NCBI GenBank assembly: GCA_016194865.1
Contig: JACQAT010000005.1
Location: 12,358-76,357 of the forward strand
Length of the DNA stretch: 64,000 nt
Origin: Chloroflexota bacterium
Lineage (GTDB): Bacteria; Chloroflexota; Limnocylindria; P2-11E
Reading direction: 5' to 3'
A program made the translations under genes and the position numbers. The notes below the pieces were generated by a model, which saw only the letters and a list, made by a program, of their open reading frames with translations, was not told where the DNA came from and did not search any database. Position 1 is the first letter of the stretch. Every line of letters begins with the position of its first letter. Shown piece after piece: positions 1 through 9,601 of the stretch.

Positions 1-177
1 GCCATCGAGGTCGCGGCGAAGGCCGGCGTGAAGCGACTCGTGCTCTACCACCATGATCCCGATCGGGCGGACGCGCAGCTCGACGCCATCGGGCGCGAGT
101 CGAGCGCGCGCGCGACCTTCGTCAAGCCGGGCCTCGAGGTCGTCGTCGCGCGAGAGGGCCTCGAGCTCACGATCTAG
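1..177 (+). CDS. MBL-fold metallo-hydrolase, C-terminal part (truncated by window edge)
   Basis: Frame 1 reads AIEVAAKAGVKRLVLYHHDPDRADAQLD...VAREGLELTI* (TAG 175-177). The 'A..AGVK.L.L.HHDP' segment is typical of RNase Z-like/MBL-fold C-termini. Confidence 0.75.
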   Translation, partial: AIEVAAKAGVKRLVLYHHDPDRADAQLDAIGRESSARATFVKPGLEVVVAREGLELTI

Positions 178-194
178 CGAAGGGGAGCAGCCAG

Positions 195-530
195 ATGGAC
201 GTCAACGCGGTGCTCAGCGGTGCGCGCGACGCCATGAGCGTGAAGCGCGTGTTCGGCGAGGCCTACGAGAAGGACGGCGTGACGGTGATCCCCGTGGCGA
301 AAGTGAGCGGCGGGGGAGGTGGCGGCGGCGGGCCTGCGGACACCGGTGGCGGCGCGGGCTTCGGCCTGTCGGCACGGCCGGTGGGCGTCTACGTCATCAG
401 GGACGGCGAGGTGACCTGGAAGCCCGCGCTCGACGAGACGCGCGTGGCGCTCATGGGCATGCTCGTGCCGATCATCGCCCTGCTGACGCTGCGTTCGGTC
501 GCGAAGGCGATCTTCCGGAAGCGCCGCTGA
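195..530 (+). CDS. GerW/YtfJ family protein
   Basis: VFGEAYEKDGVTVIPVAKVSGGGGGGG...GGGAGFG..ARPVGVYVI signature; purine-rich RBS (AAGGGGAG) upstream. Confidence 0.85.
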   Translation: MDVNAVLSGARDAMSVKRVFGEAYEKDGVTVIPVAKVSGGGGGGGGPADTGGGAGFGLSARPVGVYVIRDGEVTWKPALDETRVALMGMLVPIIALLTLRSVAKAIFRKRR

Positions 531-1546
531 TGCCCGCCAGAGCGGCTGCGCCTGGTAAGAAGACGACGACCGCGAAGAAGAGGACCGTCGCGAAGACCAC
601 GCGCAAGAAGCGTGGTCCGGCGGATGCGCGCGGGCCCGAGCCGAAGGAATCGCCGCTCGCGCTCGACGACGCGTCGATCGCGGATCTCGTGCGTCAGGTG
701 GAGAAGGCGGGCGGCGCGCCGATCGGAGCCCTGCGCGATCCGTACGCGAACCGGCCGCTGCTGCTCGCGAGCCTGCCGCTGCGGGCCATCGAGGCGACCT
801 CGTTCCAGCGCGATCTCTCGCGTACGCACGCGGACAAGCTCGGCATCGCGATCGGCTCGGCCGGGATCTTCCTCGACCCGGTCATCGCCGTCGCGACGTC
901 GGAGGGCTTCCGCTCGCCGAACGGGCGGCACCGCCTCGCCGCGGCGAAGCAGCTCGGCCTGCGGACGGTGACGGCGCTGCTCGTGCCCGACGAGGCGGTC
1001 ATGTACCGCATCCTCCCGCTCAACACCGAGAAGGCGCACAACCTGCGCGACCGCAGCCTCGAGGTCATCCGCATGGCACGCCAGATCGCGAAGGATCGGC
1101 CGCGCACGAAGGAGAAGGACGAGGCGACGACCTTCGAGTCGGCGATGCTCCTCACGCTCGGCTGCGCGTACGAGAAGCGCTCGCGCTTCGCGGGCTCCGG
1201 CTACCAATCCATGCTGCGCCGCGTGGACCTGTTCCTCGACGCGACCGTTCCGGCGGCGCTGCGCCAGCGCGAGCAATGGGCGCAGCGGCTCATGGACATC
1301 GACGACCGCGTCGCCGCGCACGTGAAGGTGTTGCAGGAGCGCGGCTTCAAGAGCCCGTATCTGCGCACGCTCATCGTCGCCCGCATCAACCCTGTTCGTT
1401 GGGTCCCACAGAAGCGGGGCGCCCCGCCTCCGATGACGATGGCCGAGGCGCTGACGCGCATGACCGCCTCGGTGCGCAGGTTCGATCCGGGATCGGTGAA
1501 GCAGCAGGACCTCGCGCTGGTGGCGGCGATCTCGAGCGACGAGTAG
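530..1546 (+). CDS. ParB/Srx N-terminal domain protein
   Basis: ATG at 530 overlaps the previous TGA. Contains FQR, FLDPVIAV and PNGRHRLAAAKQLG, a ParB/sulfiredoxin-like motif. The ORF-track extension to 53 overlaps two real genes. Confidence 0.75.
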   Translation: MPARAAAPGKKTTTAKKRTVAKTTRKKRGPADARGPEPKESPLALDDASIADLVRQVEKAGGAPIGALRDPYANRPLLLASLPLRAIEATSFQRDLSRTHADKLGIAIGSAGIFLDPVIAVATSEGFRSPNGRHRLAAAKQLGLRTVTALLVPDEAVMYRILPLNTEKAHNLRDRSLEVIRMARQIAKDRPRTKEKDEATTFESAMLLTLGCAYEKRSRFAGSGYQSMLRRVDLFLDATVPAALRQREQWAQRLMDIDDRVAAHVKVLQERGFKSPYLRTLIVARINPVRWVPQKRGAPPPMTMAEALTRMTASVRRFDPGSVKQQDLALVAAISSDE

Positions 1547-1559
1547 GGCGCTACCTCGG

Positions 1560-1642
1560 TGGGCGAGGAGGGATTCGAACCCTCACGCTCTTTCGAGCAC
1601 CAGACTCTAATTCTGGAATGTCTGCCATTTCATCACTCGCCC
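1560..1642 (-). tRNA. tRNA-Leu(TAG)
   Basis: Minus strand: GGGCGAG TGATGAAATGGCAGACATT CCAGA-ATTAGAG-TCTGG TGCTCGAAAGAGCGT GAGGG-TTCGAAT-CCCTC CTCGCCC A. 7-bp acceptor stem, long variable arm, T-arm, discriminator A; CCA not encoded. Confidence 0.9.
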
Positions 1643-1649
1643 GCGGGGA

Positions 1650-2549
1650 CTAGCGTACCCGGGCTTCGATCCCCGATAGCCGCTCGATCGCCTTGATGAG
1701 CGCGAGATTGCCCTCGCCGCCGCCGCCGTCCTTCTGGAGCGCGGTGTAAAGGGCGTGCGCCAACGACGTCCCCGGGAGGGGCACGTGGTCCGCGTACGCG
1801 GCGTCGAGCACGAGGCGCAGGTCCTTCTGCTGCAGGTCGATCATGAAGCCGGGCTTGAAGTCGCCGGCCAGCATCTTCGGCGCGTAGTTCTGCATCGCCC
1901 ACGACGAGCCGGCGCCGCCCGCGATGACCTGGCGCGTCTTCTCGAGGTCGATCCCCTGCGCGGCCGCGAACACGAGCGCCTCGGAGACGCCGAGGTTGTT
2001 GATGGCGACCGCGATCTGGTTCGCGAGCTTGCAGGCCTGGCCCGCGCCGTGATCGCCGATGTGCACGATCGTCTTGCCCAGCGTCTGGAGCAGCGGCATC
2101 GCGCGCGCGACATCGTCCGCCTCGCCGCCGATCATGATCGCGAGGCGCGCCTCGATCGCGCCGATCTCGCCGCCGGAGACGGGCGCGTCCAGCGTGCGGA
2201 AGCCCTTCTCCCGCGCGCGGTCGGCGAACGCGCGCGTCGCGAGCGGCGAGATGGTGCTCATGTCGATCGCGAGGAGCCCCGTTCGCGCGCCCTCCGCGAT
2301 CCCGTTCGGTCCGAAGGTGACCGCCTCGACGTCGGGCGAGCTCGTCACCATCGTGACCACGATGTCGCTGCGCTCGGCGACCTCCTTCGGGGTCGCGACG
2401 ACGGTCGCCCCCTCGGCCTTCAGTGGCTCCGCGCGCGCGAGCGTGCGATTCGTCGCGGTGACGGCGAAGCCGGCCTTGAGCGCGTTGCGCGCCATCGGCA
2501 ATCCCATGATCCCGAGCCCGACGAATCCGACGCGGGCGCGCTCAGGCAT
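1650..2549 (-). CDS. NAD(P)-dependent beta-hydroxyacid dehydrogenase (2-hydroxy-3-oxopropionate reductase / 3-hydroxyisobutyrate dehydrogenase family)
   Basis: VGFVGLGIMG Rossmann motif, DMSTI, DAPVSGG, GQACKLANQ, KDL. Start placed at MPERARV (ATG 2549). Confidence 0.9.
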   Translation of the reverse strand: MPERARVGFVGLGIMGLPMARNALKAGFAVTATNRTLARAEPLKAEGATVVATPKEVAERSDIVVTMVTSSPDVEAVTFGPNGIAEGARTGLLAIDMSTISPLATRAFADRAREKGFRTLDAPVSGGEIGAIEARLAIMIGGEADDVARAMPLLQTLGKTIVHIGDHGAGQACKLANQIAVAINNLGVSEALVFAAAQGIDLEKTRQVIAGGAGSSWAMQNYAPKMLAGDFKPGFMIDLQQKDLRLVLDAAYADHVPLPGTSLAHALYTALQKDGGGGEGNLALIKAIERLSGIEARVR

Positions 2550-2880
2550 CGGGGTCGATGTCCTCGCCGACGTCATCCGCGCGCAGGAAGACCGAACGAG
2601 TGCCGCCGTCCGACTGCACGAGGTAGGTGAGCTCATCGCTCTCGTCGACGTTGACCGACGCGAGGAGCTTGTCGTCGGTGATGTGCACGAACCCGCTCGA
2701 TCGCTGGAGCTCGTTCGCGATCGCCTCGGAGAGAGAATCCTCCTCATAGGCGTCCTTGATCAGCGCGCGGGCCTTCTTGACGAGGGCGAAGAACTCGAGA
2801 GGCTCCAGCTGGTCCTCGTGCATCAACAGCACGGCGCTGCCCACATCCTCGTCGCCGTCGTGGATCTCATAAAAGAACAT
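2542..2880 (-). CDS. Hypothetical acidic protein (112 aa)
   Basis: ATG start, host-like codon usage, stop overlaps the start region of the downstream dehydrogenase gene. Confidence 0.7.
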   Translation of the reverse strand: MFFYEIHDGDEDVGSAVLLMHEDQLEPLEFFALVKKARALIKDAYEEDSLSEAIANELQRSSGFVHITDDKLLASVNVDESDELTYLVQSDGGTRSVFLRADDVGEDIDPDA

Positions 2881-2916
2881 CGGGGTGGCTGAAAGCCTAA
2901 ACTAGGCGTCTCCCAT

Positions 2917-4416
2917 ATGAACGAGACACCTTCGACGACCGCGCCCGCCACGCCCGCGTCGTTCCGCTACACCCTGGCACGTGAGCCCGGGTCGCGCGTG
3001 AAGCTCGTCGTGGACGTGGATGCCGATCGCGTCAAGGCCGCGGCAGACCGCGTGTTCGGCCGTCGCGTGCGGCAGGCCAACATCCCCGGCTTCCGGCCGG
3101 GCAAGGCCCCGAGGGCGATCTACGAACGGACCTACGGCAGCGAGCATCTGTGGCACGAGGCGGCCGAGGACGTCATCGACGAGACCTACCGCGAGATCGT
3201 CCAGCGCGAGGACCTGCATCCGCTCGACCAGCCCGAGGTGGAGCTCGGCGAGCACGGCGAGGGCAAGCCGGTCGCCTACACCGCGACGATGCCGGTGAAG
3301 CCCGAGGTCGAATTCGGCGACTACGCGGCACACGGCCAGACGGTGCAGCCGACCGCGGTCACGGATGAGGACGTCGAGCGGACCATCGCGGGCATGCGCG
3401 ACCACCACGCCGAGCTGAAGCCTGTCGAGCGCGCGGCGCAGAAGGACGACGTGGTCACGGTCGACATCGACGCGGTGCTCGATGGCAAGGCGATGCCGCC
3501 GCTCGGGCGCGGCGCGCACCTCGAGCTCGGGCGCGAGTACGCGATCCCCGGGCTCAGCGAGGGCCTGATCGGCGCGAGCGCGGGCGAGACGAAGACGCTC
3601 GAGCTCACCTTCCCCGAGACCGCGGATGACGACGTGAAGGGGAAGACCGGCACCTTCACCGTGAAGGTCGCGCAGGTCTCCGAGAAGCTGCTGCCCGCGC
3701 TCGACGACGAGTTCGCGAAGACCGTCGGCACCACCGACATGGGCACGCTGCGGAACGCGGTCCGCAACGAGCTCGCGCACAGCGCGTTCCACCAGGCCCG
3801 CGACGAGGCCGCCGAGAAGCTCATGGACCACCTGCTCGCGAGCTCGACCGTCGAGGTGCCCGAGATCCTGGTCCATGACGAGCTCGACCACCTGATGGCC
3901 GATCTCAAGTCGCGCCTCGCGGAGCAGGGCCTCACGCTCGAGCAATTCCTGCTTCAGGCGCGCAAGACCGAGGACGAGATCCGCGCCGACTGGCGCGAGG
4001 CGGCCGAGCGGCGCGCGAAGTCCCTGCTCGTGCTCGACGCGCTCTCGACGAAGGAGAACGTGACCATCTCCGGGACGGAGCTCGCGCAGGAACTGGCACT
4101 CATGCCGCTCGCGCAGCAGGACCCGCAGGCGCTGCGCGACCCGGCGGTCCTCGCCTCGCTCGCGCGCTCGATGCGCAATCGCAAGCTCGTCGATAAGCTC
4201 ATCGGCCTCGAGGGTCCGGACGCGGAGCGCGAGGCGATCAAGGCCGCGGGCGGCACCGGCGAGACGGGCCACGAGCCCGCGGACGCGGCCCCATCGCTCG
4301 TCGTTCCCGACGCGGTCACGGAGCCCACGGGCAGGCTCATCGTCCCCGACGCGAAGGAGACCAGCGACGCGACGCCGGAAGGCCGCGAAGCGATCCGGGG
4401 CCTGCTGAAGGGCTAG
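2917..4416 (+). CDS. tig: Trigger factor
   Basis: Ribosome-binding signature IPGFRPGKAP, FKBP-like middle domain, LPALDDEFAK; close to clpP/clpX. Confidence 0.95.
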   Translation: MNETPSTTAPATPASFRYTLAREPGSRVKLVVDVDADRVKAAADRVFGRRVRQANIPGFRPGKAPRAIYERTYGSEHLWHEAAEDVIDETYREIVQREDLHPLDQPEVELGEHGEGKPVAYTATMPVKPEVEFGDYAAHGQTVQPTAVTDEDVERTIAGMRDHHAELKPVERAAQKDDVVTVDIDAVLDGKAMPPLGRGAHLELGREYAIPGLSEGLIGASAGETKTLELTFPETADDDVKGKTGTFTVKVAQVSEKLLPALDDEFAKTVGTTDMGTLRNAVRNELAHSAFHQARDEAAEKLMDHLLASSTVEVPEILVHDELDHLMADLKSRLAEQGLTLEQFLLQARKTEDEIRADWREAAERRAKSLLVLDALSTKENVTISGTELAQELALMPLAQQDPQALRDPAVLASLARSMRNRKLVDKLIGLEGPDAEREAIKAAGGTGETGHEPADAAPSLVVPDAVTEPTGRLIVPDAKETSDATPEGREAIRGLLKG

Positions 4417-4426
4417 CCCGAGCGGC

Positions 4427-5476
4427 TCACGTCGCGTACTGCTTGAACCACTCGATCGTCGCCTGCCACGCCTTCTGCGCCTGATCGGCGACGTAGCGCT
4501 CACCGGTGTCGTTGTGGAACGCGTGGTTCACGCCGGGGTACACCGTCGTCTTGTACGGGCGCCCGGTCTTCTTGAGCTGCTCCTCGATCTGCGGCGCGGT
4601 GCTCGTGATGCGCGTGTCCAGCTCGGCGTAGACCGCCGAGACCGCGGCCTTCGTCGTCGCGAGCCCGGCGATGTTCGCCGGCGCGGGTCCGTAGAACGGC
4701 GCCGCCGCCTTCACGTCGCCTCCCGCCACCAGAAGGTTCCACACCGTGCCGCCACCGAAGCAGAAGCCGGTGACCGCGAGCGCGTCCGCCTTGACGTTGG
4801 CGTGCGCCTTGAGGAACTCGAGCGCGGCTTTGAGGTCGGCGGTCATCGCGTCGGGTGTCGTCTTGGCGAGCTCGGCCGAGTACGTCCCGCCGAGCTTCTC
4901 GGCGCCGCCCTGGCGCGACAGCAGGTCGATCGAGAGGCCGGTGAACCCCGCGGTCGCGACGCGGCGGACGACATCCTGGATGTGGGGCGTCAGCCCGACG
5001 TTCTCGTGCACGACGAGCACCGCGGGGTACGTGCCCTCGGCCTTCGGCCGCGCCAGGTAGCCGATCAACACGGCGCCGTCGGCGCCCTTGATCGACCCGG
5101 GAGAGACGGGACCGGCGGTGATCCGCGGGTCGTCGGCCTTGACGGTGACGCCGTCGGGGCCGCTGCGCGCGGCCGGCGGGAGCGCATAGGGGCTGGCGGC
5201 GGCCGTCGCCACGGCGGTCGGGCTGGCGACGCGGTTCGAGGCGGCGGCGGTCGCGGACGGCGCCGTCGTCGCGGCGGGGCTGCAGCCGAGCGTCGGCAGG
5301 ACCGCCAGCGTCACGGCGAGGCTCCCGGTGATCCAGGTGACCTTCCGGAGCATTTGACGACGTGAGATCAGACCGTCGTTGAAGTCCTCGATGTGCTCCT
5401 GGATGACGTACAGCTGGAGCGGGGTCCAGTCCGGGTGCGCCGGGTCGATGTTCTGGTCGCCCCTGTGACCGCCCAC
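4427..5476 (-). CDS. Dienelactone hydrolase family protein (YghX-like) with twin-arginine-like signal
   Basis: HENVGL, GFCFGG and HAFHND motifs; N-terminal GLISRRQML. GTG 5476 is preceded by a GGAGGTGG RBS. Confidence 0.9.
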   Translation of the reverse strand: MGGHRGDQNIDPAHPDWTPLQLYVIQEHIEDFNDGLISRRQMLRKVTWITGSLAVTLAVLPTLGCSPAATTAPSATAAASNRVASPTAVATAAASPYALPPAARSGPDGVTVKADDPRITAGPVSPGSIKGADGAVLIGYLARPKAEGTYPAVLVVHENVGLTPHIQDVVRRVATAGFTGLSIDLLSRQGGAEKLGGTYSAELAKTTPDAMTADLKAALEFLKAHANVKADALAVTGFCFGGGTVWNLLVAGGDVKAAAPFYGPAPANIAGLATTKAAVSAVYAELDTRITSTAPQIEEQLKKTGRPYKTTVYPGVNHAFHNDTGERYVADQAQKAWQATIEWFKQYAT

Positions 5477-5513
5477 GTGTCCACCTCCCACGCCTGCGCC
5501 GGGTCTCTCTGTA

Positions 5514-6662
5514 CTACGCCTCGACGGGCACGGCGGATGCGATCTTGGCCGCCAGCTCTCGGAGCGTCGCGGCGCCGGTGGAATCGGGGCCGGCCAGGAC
5601 CAGGGGCTTGCCCTGGTCGGCGGCGTCATCGAAGAGCGGTGTGCACGGGATCACCAGGTCCGGCTTGCGACCGAAGAATTGCTCGATCTGCTCGTAGTCG
5701 AGGCCTCGGGTCCCGGTGCGGTTCAGCACGAGCAGCGTCCGCTCGCGCGGGTACTGCAGCTTCGTCAGCACGAAGATGACGTCGAGCGCCGCCTTGAGGG
5801 AAGGCAGGTTCGCGTTCGTGACGACGACGACGCCATCGGACGCGTCGAGGGCGGCGAGGGTGATCTGGGAGAAGGTCGCCGCGCTGTCGACGATCACATA
5901 GTCGGCTCTCGCCTTGAGCCGGTCGATCGCCTGCTGGACATTCGTGATCGAGACGAGCTCGGCCGCCTCCGGCCGATCGGAGGCGCTCACGAGCGTCACT
6001 CCGCTCGCGTGCTCCTGAACGAAGTTCGAGAAATACGCGTCATCCTGGTCGGCGAGAACGTTATCGCCGATGTCCGCGAGCGTCCGCTCGGGCTTCAGGT
6101 CGAGCAGCATCGCGGCGTTCGGGAATTCGAGGTTCAGGTCGAAGACCGCCGTCCGGTAGGAGCTCGAGGTACCGAGCGCGACCGCGGTGTTGACCGCGAG
6201 CGTCGTCGCTCCGGTGCCGCCCTTTCCGTGGAGGAACAGAACGACTTTGCCCTGTCGCGCGACCGCGCCGGCCGCGGCGGGCGCCGCCGCCGAGCGGCGC
6301 AGCAGCGTCTCGACCTTGGCCGCGAGCACCGCCATCTCGACCGGCTTCGGCACGTAGTCGTCGACGCCGACCTGATAGCCGGAGAGGATGTCCTCGGCCT
6401 GCTTGCGGGCGGAGAGCATGACGATCGGGATGCGCGAGGTCTTGTGGTTCTCGCGCAGCCGGCGCGTCAGCTCGAGGCCGTTCATGTACGGCATGTTCAC
6501 GTCGGTGATGACCAGGTGGGGGAGCTCCTGCCGTACCAGCTTCAGCGCCTCCATGCCATCGGGCGCGACGAGCACGTTGTAGCCGCGGCGCTGCAGGAAC
6601 GTCGAGACGAGCTTGCGGATCTGCTCCTCGTCGTCGGCGAAGAGGATCTTCTCGCCTGCCAT
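5514..6662 (-). CDS. Response regulator receiver fused to CpaE/MinD-like ATPase domain
   Basis: N-terminal REC (DD, DVNMP, KP); C-terminal deviant Walker A GKGGTGATT, plus DLNL and VLNR motifs of CpaE/TadZ-like proteins. Confidence 0.85.
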   Translation of the reverse strand: MAGEKILFADDEEQIRKLVSTFLQRRGYNVLVAPDGMEALKLVRQELPHLVITDVNMPYMNGLELTRRLRENHKTSRIPIVMLSARKQAEDILSGYQVGVDDYVPKPVEMAVLAAKVETLLRRSAAAPAAAGAVARQGKVVLFLHGKGGTGATTLAVNTAVALGTSSSYRTAVFDLNLEFPNAAMLLDLKPERTLADIGDNVLADQDDAYFSNFVQEHASGVTLVSASDRPEAAELVSITNVQQAIDRLKARADYVIVDSAATFSQITLAALDASDGVVVVTNANLPSLKAALDVIFVLTKLQYPRERTLLVLNRTGTRGLDYEQIEQFFGRKPDLVIPCTPLFDDAADQGKPLVLAGPDSTGAATLRELAAKIASAVPVEA

Positions 6663-6670
6663 CGGTCGGC

Positions 6671-7042
6671 CTAGCCCGTCTTCGTCGTGAACTCGTCGAC
6701 ACGCGCGCGGAGATCCGCCATGGTGAACGGCTTTGCCAGCACTCCCGCCGCGCCGTGCCGGGAGGCCTCCTCGACCTGCGCGCGCTGCACGCTCGCGGTC
6801 ATGAACACGATCGGGATGTGCGAGATGGTCGGATCGGCCTTCACGGCGTCACCGAGCTGGTAGCCGTCCATTCCCGGCATCGACACGTCCGAGAAGATCA
6901 CGTCCGGGTGCTCCTTGCGGATGAGCCGCAGGCCGGATGCGCCGTCGGGAGCGAGGTGGATCTCGTGCGCGAGGGAGCGCAGAGCGGCACGGATCAGCTT
7001 CTGGATCATGACGTCGTCCTCGCAGAACACGAGCTTGCTCAC
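6671..7042 (-). CDS. Single-domain response regulator
   Basis: EDD, DVSMPGMDG, TA and KPF receiver motifs. Confidence 0.92.
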   Translation of the reverse strand: MSKLVFCEDDVMIQKLIRAALRSLAHEIHLAPDGASGLRLIRKEHPDVIFSDVSMPGMDGYQLGDAVKADPTISHIPIVFMTASVQRAQVEEASRHGAAGVLAKPFTMADLRARVDEFTTKTG

Positions 7043-7058
7043 GGACTAAGCGTAAGCG

Positions 7059-9584
7059 TCACACGGCCTGCGTGAGCGCCGCAAGGGGGACCTTGAAATG
7101 GAACACCGAGCCCTTGCCGACCTCGCTCTCGACCCACGCCCGCCCGCCGTGCATCTCCACGATCTGACGCACGATCGGCAGCCCGAGCCCGGTCCCCTGG
7201 ATGTGACGCGTCGCGGTCGATTCGATGCGCGAGTAGCGCTCGAACACCTTCTCGAGCGCCTCTGCCGGGATCCCGAGGCCGTGGTCCGTGACCGTCACCT
7301 CGACCGAGCCGGCGTCGGCGTGACTGGCGATGCGGATATCACCGCCCTTGGGCGAATACTTGACCGCGTTGCTCAGCAGGTTGGTGACGACCTGCGTGAG
7401 CTTGTCGAGGTCACCTGAGAAGACCGGGAGCCGGTCGTCGAGATCGAGCTCGATCGGGTGGCGCGGTGAATTGGGCCGGACGCGACCGGCGACCTCGCGG
7501 ATGATCGCGTTGATGTCGACCTCTCCGCGATGCAGGAGCATGCGCCCCGATTCCATCCGGTCGAGGTCGAGCATGTCCGTGATCATCCGGTTGAGGCGCA
7601 GCGCATCCTTGTTGATATCGGACGCGAACTCCTTGATCTCGGCGGGCGTGAGGTCCTCGTCGCGCATCATTTCGCTGAATCCCTGGATCCCCGTGAGCGG
7701 CGTGCGGAACTCGTGGCTCACGATCGAGATGAAGTCGCTCTTCGCCATGGAGAGCTGCTCGAGCTCACCGACCGCGGCGCGCTGTTGCTCGAACGCCTCG
7801 GCCGCGGTGAGGGCGCTCACGGCCTGGTCGGCGAACAGCGTGAGCAGGTGGCCGTCCTCCTCCGTGTAGCGGCCGACGGCATCGAAGGAGCGCACCACGA
7901 TCGCGCCGATCGGCTCCCCGCTGCGGACCAGCGGGACCGCGATGGCGGCGCGGAGCCCGGCGGCGATCGACTCCTTCGTCGCGCCGGGCCAGGTCTGGTA
8001 GTCGTTCACGATCACCGGCGCGATCCGCTCGAACGCCGATCCCGCGGCGCCCTGGCCCACGCGAAGGATCCGCGTCGCGTCCTTCTCCTTCATGTTGAAG
8101 TCGCGCACGTTCCTCAGGACCTTCGCCTCGGGGACCCAGATGAAGAGGCTCGCGCTGCCCTGACCGAGCAGCTTCACGGCGTTCTTCAGGATCTCGTCGA
8201 GGATCACCCGTGGATCGGTCTGTCCCGCCAGCACGGCGGAGGCATGGTGGAGCAACAGCATCCGCTCGCTCTCGCGCTGGCGGGCCTGGAACAGCCGCGC
8301 GGTCTCCATCGCCGCGCGCAGCTCGTGCCCGACGGCCTCCAGGAGGTGCACCTCGTCGCCCGTCCAGGTGCGCGGGCGTCCCACCTGCGTCGCGACGAGC
8401 GCACCGACCAGCTGGCCCGCGACCGCGATCGGCACCGCGATGCTCGCGCGTGCCTCGCCGCCGCCGCGCTGGCGCTCCTCCGGCGACGCCTGGCGATCGG
8501 CCCTCTCCAGCTCCCAGTCGTGCACGACGATCGTGCGGTTCTCGGCCGCCGCCTGGCGGGCGATGCGTCCGCGCTGCGAGCCGATCGGGAAGCGCGTCAC
8601 CCCCGGGGCGGCCCAGCAGTAGGCGACGCGCAGGTCATCGCTCGTCGCGCCGGTCGCGACGACGACACGCGAGACGTTCAACGCGAGGCCGACCTCTTCG
8701 CCCGTCCGTCGAAGCACCTCGTTGGCGTCGAGGCTCGCGCGCACCGTCTTCGCGACCTTGTTGACGACCGCCTCGCGGTCGGCGCGCGCCTCGGCCTCGG
8801 CGATCGAGCGTGCGTTCTCGAGCGCGCCGGAGATCGTGTGCGCGAGGAGCGCGACGAGATCGAGGTGGCTCGGCGCGAGCATGTTCGCCTCGGGGTGGCG
8901 CAGCATGAGCACTCCCACGAGGCGCGTGTTCGACACGAGAGGCAGGAGCGCGAACGTGCGTACCGAGACGAGCGGCGGGAAGCGCGCCACGAGCGCGCGC
9001 CAGGCGCGATCGTCATCGTCCGTCTGCGTCAGGACCAGCGGTAGACGCTCCGTGATCACCTGCCCGCGGATCTCGATGGGTAGCGTCTCGAGCGGGTAGC
9101 GGTCCGTCGGCAGCTCACCGGAAGCGGGCCCGTCCTCCATGGGGATGCAGAACGCGCCCGCGTCGTCGTCGAGCTCGAGGAACCCCACCGTCATGCCCTT
9201 CGGCAGGGCCTCGCGGATCGCGCCGAGCGACGAGCGGATGATCTCCTGCCGCGAGTGCTTCCCGGACAGCTGGCTCGCGAGACCCGACACGAGCGCGAGC
9301 TCGGCAGCGCGTCGCTCCTCGATCCCCAGAGCGGCCGTCACGGCCGTGGCGATCCGATAGGCGATCAGCGCCGCGATGAGGCTGAATGCCAGGTACAGCA
9401 GGAAGCTGATGAGGTGACGGTCCGCCGTGCTCAGAACGAACTGGAGCGGGTCTCCGGGCACGTTGATGAGGCGCGCCACGACGAGCTCGGCCGTGAACAG
9501 GAGCGAGATGACGACGTACACGACGATCGCGTAGGCCACCGACGCCGCCATGTAGATCGCCAGGGTGCGCGGAAGCCGTCTCAC
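7059..9584 (-). CDS. Membrane-anchored multi-GAF sensor histidine kinase
   Basis: Two N-terminal hydrophobic helices, three GAF-like segments, H-box SHEFRTPL, N-box NLLSNAVKYS, G1 DHGLGI, G2 GTGLGL. Confidence 0.93.
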   Translation of the reverse strand: MRRLPRTLAIYMAASVAYAIVVYVVISLLFTAELVVARLINVPGDPLQFVLSTADRHLISFLLYLAFSLIAALIAYRIATAVTAALGIEERRAAELALVSGLASQLSGKHSRQEIIRSSLGAIREALPKGMTVGFLELDDDAGAFCIPMEDGPASGELPTDRYPLETLPIEIRGQVITERLPLVLTQTDDDDRAWRALVARFPPLVSVRTFALLPLVSNTRLVGVLMLRHPEANMLAPSHLDLVALLAHTISGALENARSIAEAEARADREAVVNKVAKTVRASLDANEVLRRTGEEVGLALNVSRVVVATGATSDDLRVAYCWAAPGVTRFPIGSQRGRIARQAAAENRTIVVHDWELERADRQASPEERQRGGGEARASIAVPIAVAGQLVGALVATQVGRPRTWTGDEVHLLEAVGHELRAAMETARLFQARQRESERMLLLHHASAVLAGQTDPRVILDEILKNAVKLLGQGSASLFIWVPEAKVLRNVRDFNMKEKDATRILRVGQGAAGSAFERIAPVIVNDYQTWPGATKESIAAGLRAAIAVPLVRSGEPIGAIVVRSFDAVGRYTEEDGHLLTLFADQAVSALTAAEAFEQQRAAVGELEQLSMAKSDFISIVSHEFRTPLTGIQGFSEMMRDEDLTPAEIKEFASDINKDALRLNRMITDMLDLDRMESGRMLLHRGEVDINAIIREVAGRVRPNSPRHPIELDLDDRLPVFSGDLDKLTQVVTNLLSNAVKYSPKGGDIRIASHADAGSVEVTVTDHGLGIPAEALEKVFERYSRIESTATRHIQGTGLGLPIVRQIVEMHGGRAWVESEVGKGSVFHFKVPLAALTQAV

Positions 9585-9601
9585 TCGACGATTATGTTGC
9601 C

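Noticed and set aside
53-529. N-terminal extension of the 497-aa ORF
   Set aside because: It overlaps the MBL-fold and GerW genes; the real start is ATG 530.
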